A stretch of 63,983 bases of DNA, counting the filler, from Choristocarpus tenellus KU-1152 (taxonomy: Eukaryota > Protista > Phaeophyceae), in the NCBI GenBank assembly GCA_964200185.2. It is 14 parts of 14 records of this genome, joined end to end, with 100 filler letters (N's around TTAATTAATTAA, not from the genome) between each part and the next. Parts side by side here need not be neighbours in the genome. Positions count along the whole stretch, not along the records: positions 10,786 to 14,040 come from CAXNAD020021237.1; positions 14,141 to 23,617 come from CAXNAD020003647.1; 12 more parts are not named here. One strand, 5' to 3'. Below are positions 10,786 to 23,568 of the stretch, piece by piece (position 1 is the first letter of the stretch; each line of letters begins with the position of its first letter). The notes beneath the pieces are model-generated. The model saw only the letters and a list, made by a program, of their open reading frames with translations. It was not told the origin of the DNA and did no database searches. A program made the translations under genes and the position numbers.

Positions 10786-13700
10786 TCATGCAACTTTGCA
10801 CTGAATGCTGTGTTGTGGGCTAACTGTACGAAAGGCAATAACGATGCCCAGTTATCCTCAACTACAGAGATATACATTGCTAGCATAGAATGCAACGTAG
10901 CATGTACTCTTCTTAAACAGAATTTCCTTGGGGGTGATACGGTGTGGTTTTGGTTTTCTTGTAACCAAAGACAGACTGCAGCTCTGCAACGATACTGTTT
11001 TCAAATTCGGTACCTTGATCGGAGTATAACAACTCGGGTGGACAAAAATTGAAAATACACGTTCTACCAGCGTACGAGCAATTGTTGCGGCCTCTTTATT
11101 TGGGATAGGGCTCAGCACAACAAAACGGGTGAGGTGATCAATGGCAGACAACACATACGAGCACATGACACCATTTGCTGCTGGGGAACGTGTTTTATAC
11201 TCTACCAAATCAATAGCAAAACGTTGAAATGGTCTGTCAACGGGTCTATGGCCAGTGGGAAGCGTAGGCTTCTTATGAGCAGTCTTACACATTTGGCATG
11301 CTCAACGGTCACGACACCATGTACGAACGTCGATATTGAATGTTGGCCACCAGTACAGGTCTCTAACTTTATCGAACGTGGGTTTGAAACCTAAGTGAGT
11401 GAAAGTATCTTAGAGGGTACGAGTTTTGCCCGGTTTGTCCCTTTGGTGCTTGGCTCCTCATGGGTTTTTTTAATGACATTTTCCAACTCCAAAATGTTTT
11501 GGAGTAGGTAAAATGTGTACGTTATGAAAAGGTGTGTCTAGAACAAGGATATTGACACTTCCTAACGAACGCAATAGGTAAAATTATATCAAAATCACAA
11601 CATTGGATTTTGACCCCCAAATGGACAGCGCTCTACCCTCTAGGATAATTTGACTCAGTGGCCTCCAGACAATGCATGGTCATGACAAGCATGGAGTACA
11701 AGACGGACTAACGAATGAGGAACGACCAACTGATCTCTAAATGTGCTCATCGTACGAAGATGGCCTGGTAAATATGAGCGATACAGTAAGCCATTACGAA
11801 GAAAAAAATACGAGATAGACGTCATTGTTTCCTTATCAGGCGGGGGGGCGACGTTGGGGGACCGCAAAGACCTGAAATATGGTCCGAAGTCGGATTCCTG
11901 CTCCTTGCGCAATTGCTCCAGGTCCACTGAAGGAAACACAGTAGTGGAACTAGTAAATAGTTCGTGATCACTTTGGACGGGCGTTGCTTGGTCAAGGTTA
12001 GAAGCAGATAACTCATATTCCTTTTGAGCACGTGTGGTAAATGCGCGACTACCTTCAGGCACATTACAACAGATTGGTGCCAGCATTGGAGCAACGGATT
12101 TCTCCTGTTCCTCAAACTTGAAAATACAATATAGAGTATCAGGTATAGCATTGAGCTCACCAGGCTTGTGTTTGACAGTGAATCATACGCTTGGAGCACA
12201 ATAGCCCAACGAGTAAGCATGCTACTGGTATCCTGCATTCTATACAAGTAACACAATGCAGCATGATCTGTTCTGCAGGTAAAGTGTCTACCCCAAAGAT
12301 ACGGTCGCCAATGTGTGATAGCTGTAATGACTGCATAACGCTCTCTTAATGTGGCTGAATAGTGACGCTGAGCTTCATTAAATTTCTTGCTGAAGTATGC
12401 GATGATACCTAGGTCTGCAGGATTATCAGGTCGAGGTTGTGCTAAAAAACCTCCAGCACCACTCTCACTGGCATCAACATGGATGAAGAATTCTTTGGTA
12501 AAAATTCTACTCACCAAGCATCAACTGTTTCAGGGGATGCTGAACCATACTGACTAGAATGCAAGAAAATTGCCACATGCCATTTAGAGAACAGGAGTGG
12601 CAAATCTTCTTCTCCAGAACCTGTAATTGTCAGACCCGATGGTATTTCTGAAGCGGAAAACCTGAAACGACTCCCTTCTGACAGTGGTTGTGGGTGTGCG
12701 ATGTCGCTACTCTGTTCAATGGATCTTACGTGATCGGTGCCCATTCCCCGAACTTGGAGTTTCATCAGGTCCTGAAGCCATTCAGGAGACACGGTGTTTG
12801 TTCTTGCTCACTCGTTGATGTGGTGCGCGATGAACGATGGCATTGCATCACCGAACTTGGCCTGCAAAATGGCCACCTCACAAGTAGTAGAACTTGGAGG
12901 CGGGACCGGTTCTTCCTGAAACTGGACCTGACGAGTGTCACGGTCGCCCGAGCTAACACGATGCTCAAGGGTTGACGACACAGGTCTGGCATAAGCCTGA
13001 CGATCTTGGACCTCCTCTTCTGGTGTTCTGGATGGTTCCAGATTTGGAGTTATGCGCTCCTGTGCAAGACGTTTTCGCCTTGATCTTGAGTTCGGCATCT
13101 TTTGTCCGTGGGCAAACAGAAATTATGCAAAGATCATGCCAAGAAAGGAGCTCTGATCGTAGGTATCAGGGACAGCATACCACAGGTATTTGCGCAGATG
13201 TGTCCGTGTGGAGGACGAGAGATTCCCATGCAGCTCACCGGAAGTCGCGCGGCCTTGTGTTTCCTGCTGGGACAGGCCACAAAAGGGGGGCCACAGCGAT
13301 GGTGATCAGTACTCATGACAGTATCAGCAGCCCTGATGGAGGGTTGCCTGGCTCAAATAGGAGCAAGCTTATATTGGGTCTGATGATGAACTGCATAGGG
13401 ATCTCGTCCTCCGCACGTCTTCTGTTGAGCTGCACCGGGGTCTAATCCTCCACGCGTCTTCGAGCTGCATGGGGATCTCTCGTCCTCCACACGGACACAT
13501 CTGCGCAAATACCTGAGGTATGCTGTCCCTGATACCTATGATCAGAGCTCCTTTCTTGGCATGATCTTGGGTGCCTCCAGCTGCTGGTACTCTTGTCCAG
13601 ATATGATCGAGACGAATGACGAAATCTGCAGTGTCCCCCACCGACGAGCGGTACATGTCGCACAATTTCATCTCTGGAGCTATGAGCTGCATGGGCCGCT

Positions 13701-14040
13701 GAACAGTAGCACGCCCCCCATAGATCTTCTCTAATTCGAGACAGGCTGCCCTCCTGTCGGGGCTGCCTCCTCTCGTACTTGTTGACCATACAAGCTGACC
13801 ATCATAGCTGCAGCACCCCTCGTGGCCTGTCCCAGCAGGAACAACAAGGTTTCGCAATGCCTGACGTATTCATCATACGTGCAGCGTTCCTCGAATGATG
13901 TATCAGCTGTGGGAGGTGCAGGAATGCGGTATGCTGGTTGTAGGATGCAGTACAGTCTCTTGCCGCCCGCATAGCTCTCCAGCGCCATCCGTCATTCTGC
14001 CCACTTCTCCTGTATATGCCCCCGCGCTCCACTCCATAGT
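10786..14040 (-). mobile_element. Degenerate Ty3/Gypsy LTR-retrotransposon internal region (gag-like, RNase H, integrase; RT not seen)
   Basis: RNase H FFIHVDASESGAGGFLAQ...IAYFSKKFNEAQRHYSAT...HWRPYLWGRHFTCRTDHAAL (about 12180-12510). Integrase zinc finger HACHDHALSGGH/LGFKPTFDKVRD is split by a MITE. Core RPFQRFAIDLV...AIDHLTRF. Frameshifts and stops throughout. Confidence 0.9.
11397..11656 (+). mobile_element. MITE family A inserted in Gypsy integrase zinc finger
   Basis: 3-bp TSD AGT; removing the element plus one TSD restores the frame GGH-LGFK. Confidence 0.95.
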
Positions 14041-14225
14041 NNNNNNNNNNNNNNNNNNNNNNNNNNNNNNNNNNNNNNNNNNNNTTAATTAATTAANNNN
14101 NNNNNNNNNNNNNNNNNNNNNNNNNNNNNNNNNNNNNNNNACGTACACATATGAGAGTAGAAACAACCCTCTTTCCTACCCCCTCCCTCCCTCCCTCCCG
14201 CCCCCCGAAAAAATAGTCATGTCAC

Positions 14226-15125
14226 CTTGTCCCATTCATCCGCAGTGGTTGGAAGACCCTCGACACTGACAACTGAAAGCTCTACCCCAGCCTGGCGCTC
14301 CGGACCAGCAAGAAATCGCTCCACCGCTTCCGCAATGCTGGAGCGCTTCGTTGAAGCATCCACAGGCTACATAAAAAAAATAAAGGAGAAGCAAAGCACC
14401 AGCAATTAACACGGTTCTTGCGTCAGAATTACAACACCGTGCACAATTCGATGGGGGAGGGCAACTGACGGAGTGGGCGCAATTAACTGATCAAAGAGTG
14501 TAAGGAATAGGGTCATGAAGAAGAGATTCAAAATATATTTATAAATAAAAATTCCTTGCGAAGCAGAATATATATATATTAAAAAAATGAATAAATACAT
14601 GATATTTTAATAGAGTTTTTATTAACTTGCTTGACACAGACACACCGGGGGTCTGAACTGAACTGAACCTATAGGTGTTAAGCTTCAGTTTGATCCTGTA
14701 TTAATCCTGTATTAATCTTGTCCTCTACCCGGGAGTAGAAGAGAAAAAAAAGAAATGAAATGCTGGAGACGCCCGGGTTGACTGATAGAAACCCCTAACC
14801 CCTGCTATTTTTTTGGCTGTGCCTATTACCAATATGAGTAGCGCAAACAGAGTTGTAAGTACTGACGGACCAAGCAGAAGTTCACCAGGAGGTTTTCATA
14901 TGTAGAACCAGATAGTGTTGGCGTGGGAGGTCAACCCAAACGCCTCCATTTCAGTTTCCACCGTACTCTACTTGAAAGTTATGGGTGTGTGTTATGCAGC
15001 GTACTTGCATTGTTTCCCGCCTTTTGAAGTTGTTGCTGTCAAGAACACAATTACCTCTTGTTTTATTTCCTCCAGTGAGGTGGACAACAACAATTATGCG
15101 TCAGTACCATATTGTCCAGCAGTGC

Positions 15126-15170
<45 letters not shown>

Positions 15171-15724
15171 ATACTGCGTTTTATATAGAGTAGAAAAGGT
15201 GTACACTACTTTGGGGGTGATGCACCATTGATTCAAGAGCATCATCTACTACTACTACTACTACTACTATTACTACTACTATTAATGTACTGATTGCGTC
15301 CCGTAGTGCCACATAATAGTTTAAAAAAACAGAATAAAATAAAAAACATACTTTCGCACCAGAAATTCAGAAAAAATATATATATTTATTTATTTTTTTG
15401 AGCTCTCACCGAGGAAAGCACCGATCCTGGTCCCACCAGCACCGCCTGCCTGGTGAAGCTCCTGTCCAGTTCTGGCTCCGCCTTGGGCCCCGTGAGGAAA
15501 GGAATGGTCTCTTCGTCTCTGCTTGCGCCGAACAATCTTCCCGTGTGGATTATCACAGTCTTGGTCTCCTTCACATCACGGATTGCTTCCAGGGGTTCCT
15601 GGGTTGGTGTTTGATGTTCCGAGAATGTTTGCATGTCTGAGGCTGAGTGCAGAGTTGACAATAATAGCGTTTGTGTCTACTTTTTTCCTTCTTAGGGTTG
15701 AGGGTTCGGCTGGGTAGAAGAGTA

Positions 15725-15757
<33 letters not shown>

Positions 15758-17420
15758 AACAAACACACATGTGAGGAGCACCACTCACTCCTTCTGTTGT
15801 TGCCACAAATGGTAGGGGTTGTACCTCTGTTGTTTGGAACTAACGGTGTAAGATGTGAGTATGACAAAAAAAGGTGTGTATATATATAGACAGATGTGTG
15901 CACCATGCCTGTAAGATTTTTATCATCATGTTAGTGTGCCCATGCCCAACACACTAACAACATGGTCTCCTCTAATCAAGCATTTCCAAAGGAGGGTGGG
16001 GGCGCCATGTCCTCCTTTGATGTAAACTATGCCTTTCTTTATCAATGCGAAATTTCAAAGAAAGTAAACCTCAATACATCAAAAAAACCTATCAAAAAAA
16101 CCTATCAAAAAAACCTATCCGCAACGAAGCGACTAACTCTCAATACATCCTGGTCAGAATATAGCTCCAAAACACAACAGGAACTTTCCATTTTGATTTG
16201 CCTACCCCAAACACCCAGAAGCATCTTCAACCTCCATTCAAACAAAACAAACCTAGAAGGCAAGATATTGTCTGCATTCACATCTAGCATTGAATAAACC
16301 GTGCAGGATGTGAACACAATTCCGAACTAATGTGCTGTACTCGGGCGTACAAACGGAACCATACCTTGATCCCCCCCATTAAATTATCGACGAGCCCAAG
16401 GATGCCCTCCCTCCCCTCAGCCTTGGCAGCCTTCACAGCTTCCCTCGACTCTGGTGTGTCAATCCAGACGATGTACTCCGCTGTTGTCGGCAAAGATGAG
16501 ACCACCTCTTGAACCAACCCTGGAGGAGCTTCCGATCGGTCAGCCCCGCTGTCCGAGCATAAAACCACCGCCTTACATCCTTCAAGCTGGAGGATCATCA
16601 CATAGAGGGAGTAGGGAGAAGGACTTTGAGAAAGTATCAACGTAGATAAAAAAGGGAATGCGAGCAAGATACTCACGACTAAAACTCCAGCTGTGTTGTA
16701 GACAGCTTGTTGCCATTGGAGGTTGACCATCCATCATACCCCAAGGGTCAATCCTGAACTCCCATTTATCTACCTCACTTTCTTTGCTGGCGAGCGGCAA
16801 TAGAACGGCCTACACGACTTAGTATTGACGTAATTGGTCATGTAACACATGATCAAACCGATACTTGGTGGGTGGGTGCACACCTGGTTAGATAGAATCT
16901 CAGTTTCGTCCGCCAACACAACCTGCCTCTTCCCTCCTCCCCCCTCTAGGCGGTCCGCAATTAGCCCCGCTAGCCCACTAGGTGGTCCACAAACTACGAC
17001 CTTAGCATTATCATCTGGGCCGGCGATGGCCATCGATATTCTTCTTGAGGCGGAATTGTAGGAAAACAGCAATTCGGGCAAAATATGTGAGAGGAAGCAT
17101 GGCGGGCGAGAGGAGGTGGGGCGACTTCAACGACTGAGGGTAGAAGTATCAGCGATAAGAGCATAATGTGAGTTTCGATTATGGAAGACATTCAGATTTG
17201 TTGAGCCAGTTACGTTGCTGGTAGCCAAAATGCATGAGGGGGTTGTGATCCACCTTTTAACTTGACTTTGCATGTTTCCTCACCTGACCTGGGGACTCGT
17301 CAAGGCTCGAAAAGCAACCACATTTCCACCGTAAGACCTACCAGCGATTGTTGTGACAAAGGCATGCCCCGTTGACGCCACAAGCGTCGCAAGGACGGAA
17401 GCTCTTGCAAGACCCATCAT
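14226..17420 (-). CDS. Plastid-targeted NAD(P)-binding Rossmann-fold (atypical SDR-like) protein, 5' six exons, 3' end lost at contig edge
   Basis: Exons 17420-17284, 17043-16884, 16809-16774, 16586-16365, 15598-15410 and 14366-14226 join through GT-AG introns and stay in frame. The N-terminus MMGLARASVLATLVASTGHA|FVTT is a signal peptide with the heterokont A|F cleavage motif. It is followed by a transit peptide, then KVVVCGPPSGLAGLIA, LEGCKAVVLC, IIHTGRLFG and TKRSSIAEAV, which resemble extended/atypical SDR elements. The family assignment is less certain than the gene model. Confidence 0.75.
15129..15281. repeat. Intronic microsatellites (GA)n and (TAC)n; further (GA)n at 286-322, (CA)n at 15726 and 22289, (TG)n at 34408
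   Basis: Direct reading. Confidence 0.9.
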
Positions 17421-17762
17421 AAGGCCTTATCCGACCCCAGCACTTGCAAATCGCCACCTTGTCGCTCTCCAACTCCGTTTGTTCGGAAACAGTTTCCACT
17501 CTAAGCTAGCTATATCTACTGTGGATACCACGTTTACGTATTGGCTACGTTTAAGTGAGACCTTCCTTGCTCCTGTTTTAAGCCCTCTTCATTCCCAACT
17601 ACTGAGTTTCCATGTGAACCTAGAGGAGTTCATAATACTATTGTCAGCCAGGCTAGTGTTAGGGGAGCTGTGTTGCGAACCCAACCCAACACAAAACAGA
17701 CCGTTGGCCTCTTATCTTTCCTCAACTCTCAGATAACAACCCAACTGGAACCTGTCAAGGCA
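17421..17762. promoter_or_regulatory. Bidirectional promoter plastid-SDR/SPC25 with MSA element AGACCGTTGG (17698-17707)
   Basis: Divergent ATGs 342 bp apart; full match to the plant MSA consensus about 60 bp upstream of the SPC25 ATG. Confidence 0.5.
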
Positions 17763-20700
17763 ATGGCATCTGTCTTGCAGTCGCTTGATAATGAGCAACA
17801 ATCTCTCATAGAAACGGAAGTAATGGAGTCGCCCTCTACTGCTTTTGCATTTTTAAGGGATGAGCTGTACAGATCTAAAGATCGAATAGAGAACTGGGTG
17901 ACAGACATGGAGGATCGATTGCCCAGACACCAGGTACCGAATATGGGGATTACATCCAGCCAGGTCGTGGTAGATGCTTATTTTTAAAGGTGGCTACTAT
18001 CTCCGTTTGTCTTTTCTCACTGGGGTAAAATCTTCCTCCAGGACATTTTCCCTTGGAATCTGCTTCGTTGGCATATTAATCACCGTCCTCAACGACGAGC
18101 TCTAGGTCGAACTGGTCTGTGCATAAATTATGCAGCTCACCCTCATCTACTGTAAGGACTGATGACACGGAGTATACAGCTTTTTCTACTGCTGTTACTC
18201 TATCTTTCTGGAGGTTGCATTCACCCTCACTTTTCAAGGTGACTTTCATTCATCCCCATTGGCGACGCGTAAGGATTATAGTTAGTTTATTCTTCGGGAA
18301 AGAACTATGCGGAAGATGCTTCCAAAAAGGCATGTGTACCCTTCAAACCAGACGGGCATGTTTACCCTTGCCAGCGGCCATGAACATGCTCATCCCCTCG
18401 CTATCTCTAAGTCCTAAGTTCCTGCCATACTATCAGAGAGAGCTGGAAGACGAAATGGAAGAGTGCTCAGCAGCTGTGCAATCCCTTCGTCGGGCAGACG
18501 ACGAAGCACGCTTGCGGAAGCTGAGGGGTGAGGAGGTAGCGCGGCAACATGCAGCACAGCTGGAGAACATGCGCGAGAAGGTGGAGGAGCTACGGGTAAC
18601 AGGAGACAAGGTCATGCCCATTAAGGTGAGGGGCACTTTTGGGGAGAACATAGCGTATTTTTTTGCGTAACTAAGGAATGGTTCGTGAAAACTCGAAATG
18701 CTGCATCCATTTCATGAGACCAGAAATGCATCAAATCCATAGACTGATTAATACTACCAGGAAGTGAACCCATTTCCACTTGATCGCACCAAGGCTGTCC
18801 AAAAATGGAGCAATGCTCTATGTGTTGGTGGTGCAATGCCCACTCAATAAGGTAGAAACGATCGATTCATTAAACATGCTTTGAGTTCCTTAGTAGTACA
18901 CAACAGTGCTCTTGCAAGTTGAATGCATAAGAGATGCATAATTTAAAGGTACCCTACGTTTTTCCTGGAGTATTTTACTTGTAAGTGATGACATGCCTGA
19001 ACATGGTCCATTCGAAGAATGTTTTTTTTTTTTTGTACTTTTGTTGGACAAAAGTGAAGTAGTATGTTTTGCATATGAAGGCTGCGCAAGCTGAATTGTC
19101 TCAACTTGAACAGGAATGGGCCCACAAGATAAACTCAACAACTGGGATAGGTGAGGTACTGGGACCATTTTTCTTAATATTTTCTTGAGCAGCTCAAAAC
19201 ATGTCAAAATTTGAAAAGCCACAGAGACATTTTGGGTCAGTTCGGTTCAGTGCTATGGAGCTAACCAACCATCCCTACCTCTACTTTTATGTACAGGTGG
19301 ATTTTGTTGGATACATCCTTGTTGGGTCTAAATGTAGTGTATCGTAGTAGTTGACTGCCATCTGAGACATGATAACTGCCATCTGAGAGTCAATATGATG
19401 ACTGCCATCTGAGACATGATGACTGCGATCTGAGACATGATAACTGCCATCTGAGAGTCAACATGATGACTGCCATCTGAGACATGTTGATAAGGGCATG
19501 CTTACACACATGCGTTTCAACTATGTGTCTCTGTGATAACTCCAGTATTTGTTCACATAATTGATGATTCGGAGCTTTTGGAATATAATATACTATGTTG
19601 CACTACTTTTGCTTGGCTAGGAAGGCCTTCAAAGAGATTTTTGAAGATGCAATTGTCTGTGGCGTAGGTCTTGTGTAAATGTGTGTATTGGTGTGTTGTT
19701 GAAGTTTGATATTTTTGTTCGCCTTGGTGCATGTTTAATAATGGCTTTGGAATATACCTTCTTGTCTTTAAGATAAGAGCGATTTGGAGGTAGGGTATTG
19801 CTACAATAAATGTCCTCCTCATGATCTCCTCATTGCTGAAATTATATCTGGCTAGTTGAGGTCGGTAGGGGTGAATAGGTGGAGGAAAACAAAGTTGGCT
19901 GGTAAGGGTCTCTCCTTTGCTGTTGAGGAACAAACAAGCACATGGAACTGTTATTGAGTGCTGTAGAGGTGGTGGTGGTTACCTTGATTAGGGCGGGATT
20001 CAGTGGTCGGGGAAGAGATTTATGACCCAAACTCTGGTTGCAACAGGAGGCGTACCTTTTCCTTTCACATTACAATGTAAAATCTGGAGAATGATATGAT
20101 ACATAGATGTATGTAGATACATATAATTTGTGTGTGTTTGGGGATAGGGTTATGCTGAACTTTGTTGTTCTATTAATATAGGAGGTGGTGAGGTGGCATG
20201 GGCTCACATCTAACCGTAAGACATGCACATTTTTTATTTTGTGCCTGTGTTGTTGTTGATGTAACTTCTCACGGTTGATGTGAATGGACTCTTTGAACAC
20301 TAGTGCACAAACTCAAACACATTTTTGAACGATTAAATTGTTCCGACACGAGTCTCATGTCAGTAAATCTCACATTTTTAATCTCTGTTTTGCTCTTCGC
20401 TGTCAGTAAGTCTCACGCGGCAGCTGTGCTGTTGGTAGAGTATTATACGCAAGCAGCCTTGGAAGCAGCGAGTACCACGAATAGAGTCAACGCAGCACTA
20501 TTCCTCTTGTGTCGGAATCATTCTCCTTTTTCTCCTCAATTCCTTGAATGTTATTATTATTGTTATGTTATGCACTGGAAGGAACATTTTTTTTGGCTCT
20601 GTGAGGATCTAGAATAATTTGGATGCAACATAAGACAAAATAAGAGTAACAGATCGAACGTTTCAGGTCGGTAGTATTAGTAAGTAAGTAAGTAAGCCAG

Positions 20701-22592
20701 TCGGTAGTATTAGTAAGTATGTAAGTAAGCCAGGAGCCCCCCCACCCCCCACCCCTCCGTTACCCTCCTCCCCTTCTATTCCTGTAAAGGTTTAACCCTA
20801 ATTGAGGTATTGAGTTGCTTTTGGTTAGTTTGACACCTCTTTTCTTTTGCTCTCTTCTTCTGCGCATGTGAAAACTGTTTGGGGGGGTGGGTGGGGGGGA
20901 ACTTGTTGTGGCGTATCTCTCTCTCTCTATATATATATATATATGAATGGGTTTTGTATTGTAAGGTGGCAGAGCTTCAAACCGCACGGTCGAAACTGGA
21001 GGAGGAGGTTCAAGTGAAGCAGGAGGAGGGAGCCAAGCGAAGAGTTATGAAGGCATGTTTTTTGTGATTATGTCATTTTGGTGATGATGTTTTGTGTGAT
21101 GATGTCATTTTGGTGATGATGTTTTGGTGATGCACATTTTTAGCAATTTGGTTGTCTTACTTACACTATACACTATACACACATCCCACCTATTTATTTG
21201 TTAGTGTGAAATAAGAGGTCGTTGTTATGTTATATACATACATATATATATATATATATATACTTTTTCTTGCCTGTGGTAGAGTGTAAGTTATGGGATT
21301 GTTTTGAGATAGCACGGGGATGCTGATTTTGGGGTTTTGTGCGTGTGTGTGTGACTTTTTAATTGTATTCTTTGGATTGTGTACTGCGAGAAGGTTATGT
21401 TAAGATTCCAAATTCTGGTGTGATTTATCGCTTCCATCGGTCAGTACAGAGCTTGACTTCAAAAAAAATTACCTCAACTTTTTTTTTTGTACTATTGTGT
21501 ATTGAATATTCAAAGTTTGGTTGAAGTAAAAGAAATAACATCCTGAGTGTATTTATTTTTTTTGTACTGTTGTGTATTGAATATTCAAAGTTTGGTTGAA
21601 GTAAAAGAATAACATTCTGAGTGTATTTATTTATTTATTTTTATGCATTATTTAGAACGAGATTGAAGCAATTTTTAGTGTCACGAGGTAATGAGATGGA
21701 AAAGATTTGTTAGTTTTGTTAGTTTTTTTTTCTTTTTTTAATGACCTTCTTGAACCGGTCCTGTCGATGAACAAATTAGCTTACGTTGAACAAACGCCTT
21801 CAAGTTTTTCAATGTGGTTGTGGAGAGATACTGAGTGCTTGGAGGGATGTCCAGGTTGAATAGCACCGGGTTGTATAGAGGCACAACAAAATCCGGTAGA
21901 GTGATCAAAATGTGTTGATTGTGATCTACGGCAGTAGGAGATAGCTGTTGATATCTGTTGGAATGTATGAATTGGAAACAATTGTTCTGATTTGTGGTAC
22001 GGAATGGTGTGACAGTTTCAAAGGTGTGCAATGGTATCGTGGCAGTGGCAGGGGGGGGGTAACATCTCTCTTTTATTTTTTACTTTTGTTCTGATTTCAA
22101 TTTATTTTTGTTTTTATCTCCGATGTTTCTACTTGGAAGTTGCAGTTTATTGTTTTGAATATATTGTTATTTTTATTATTGTTGTTGTGGGACATAGTGA
22201 GAGGTAGGGGGTGAATGATGAATTGACTTGACTGGTTCATTTGAGTGTCTTGTGTGTAGCTCTTCTGACTTGTTTCATCACTCCTGATACACACACACAC
22301 ACACACACAAACCTACACACGCATATATATTTTATTCCTTTTTTATGCCCTTCTCTCATGCATTTTTTAAAAATTTGTCTATATATGTGAACAAGTCTGA
22401 TACAGTTTCTCTCTGCTTCCCCCATGCTCACTCACCCCTCTACCCGCCTCTTTTTTACTTTTACTTTAGGAAGAAGAGCTCAATGTCCTCACCCGGGGAG
22501 TGATATTCTACCAACGACTGGGTTTGGAGTTTGTGGGGGGGGATGAGGACCGTGACGACCAGACCAAATGCCTTAGAATAATTTTTCGTCAG
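17763..22592 (+). CDS. SPC25: Kinetochore NDC80-complex subunit Spc25, first four exons (3' end missing)
   Basis: Exons 17763-17933, 18437-18625, 20966-21052 and 22470-22592 have all phase-0 junctions. A long coiled coil (RELEDEMEECSAAVQSLRRADDEAR...) is followed by EEELNVLTRGVIFYQRLGLEFVG...CLRIIFRQ, matching the start of the Spc25 RWD-like domain (FYxxLGLxF...LRxxF). Confidence 0.8.
19352..19486. repeat. Intronic minisatellite, six copies of ACTGCCATCTGAGA core (21-26 bp period)
   Basis: Direct reading; lies in Spc25 intron 2. Confidence 0.9.
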
Positions 22593-23527
22593 GTTTGTAG
22601 ATGTGTGTGTGTTATTATTATTCCAGAGGAACAGAATAATAATAGTATACAGTAAGACAATAAGAATAATAAATTTATAATAATATAATTAATGGTGAAA
22701 AGTAGGTGTTTGATTAGTTGTTACTGTTAATCAAAATAAAATGTCAACAATGAATAAATAGATGAATATATATATATACACACGTAAGTATGTATGAATA
22801 TTTGCATATATGAGTGTGTGTAAATGCGTGAGGGGAAAATGACTGGTAGGCAGTCAAAATTCGCTTTAGTATTTTTTTAATCAAATTAATTAATGAGAAT
22901 TAATGGGAGCATGTCACTCTCTGACATGTATTGGAAGAAATGAGAAGGACCTGTTGTCTGATTTAATGTACCTACCTACCCACCCCAGGGAAAGTTCTTA
23001 TTTTATTTTCTGTGAGTACACTTTGCTCCACCCGCTAAAGCAGTCACTCGGGCAATGATAATAATAATATTTTTTTAAGTCAGTGTAATAATAATAATAA
23101 TAATAATACTGTGTTATGTAATTTTTCAAGCGGTTTCATCCTGCATTTGAAAGATACGGTGCAGGGGAGACTGTGGTGGTGCATCAGAAGCAGCATCGTA
23201 TCGTCACCATCGTTGTAGTAGTCACATTCATGATTGCGATCATGTTGGAAGTAGGATAGGGAACTGTTTTAATAATGTACATAGTTTGACACACTTCCAC
23301 AAAGAATGCCCAGATTTGACCCTGCATTTACCCCCCAAGCACCCCAAAATCTGGAAGGCTTGTATCTGTATCCTACCAACAACCAACAACAACAATTCTA
23401 CACTCATGTGATCTCCGATTGACTGGTTGATGATACATCTAATCTAATCAATCCTCTTTCTATAAGCTCTGCGATTTTGATGATACATCTGACCCTCTCT
23501 CTGTATGGTCCACGTTTTTTTTTTTTT

Positions 23528-23568
<41 letters not shown>

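Noticed and set aside
14762-14780. tggagacgcccgggtt resembling the 3' end of a minus-strand tRNA
   Set aside because: Under 20 bp, with no T-loop completion or remaining cloverleaf.
16994-17191. ORF MSSIIETHIMLLSLILLPSVVE as the signal peptide of the plastid gene
   Set aside because: It is out of frame with the downstream domain. The exon at 17420-17284 splices in frame and has the A|F motif.
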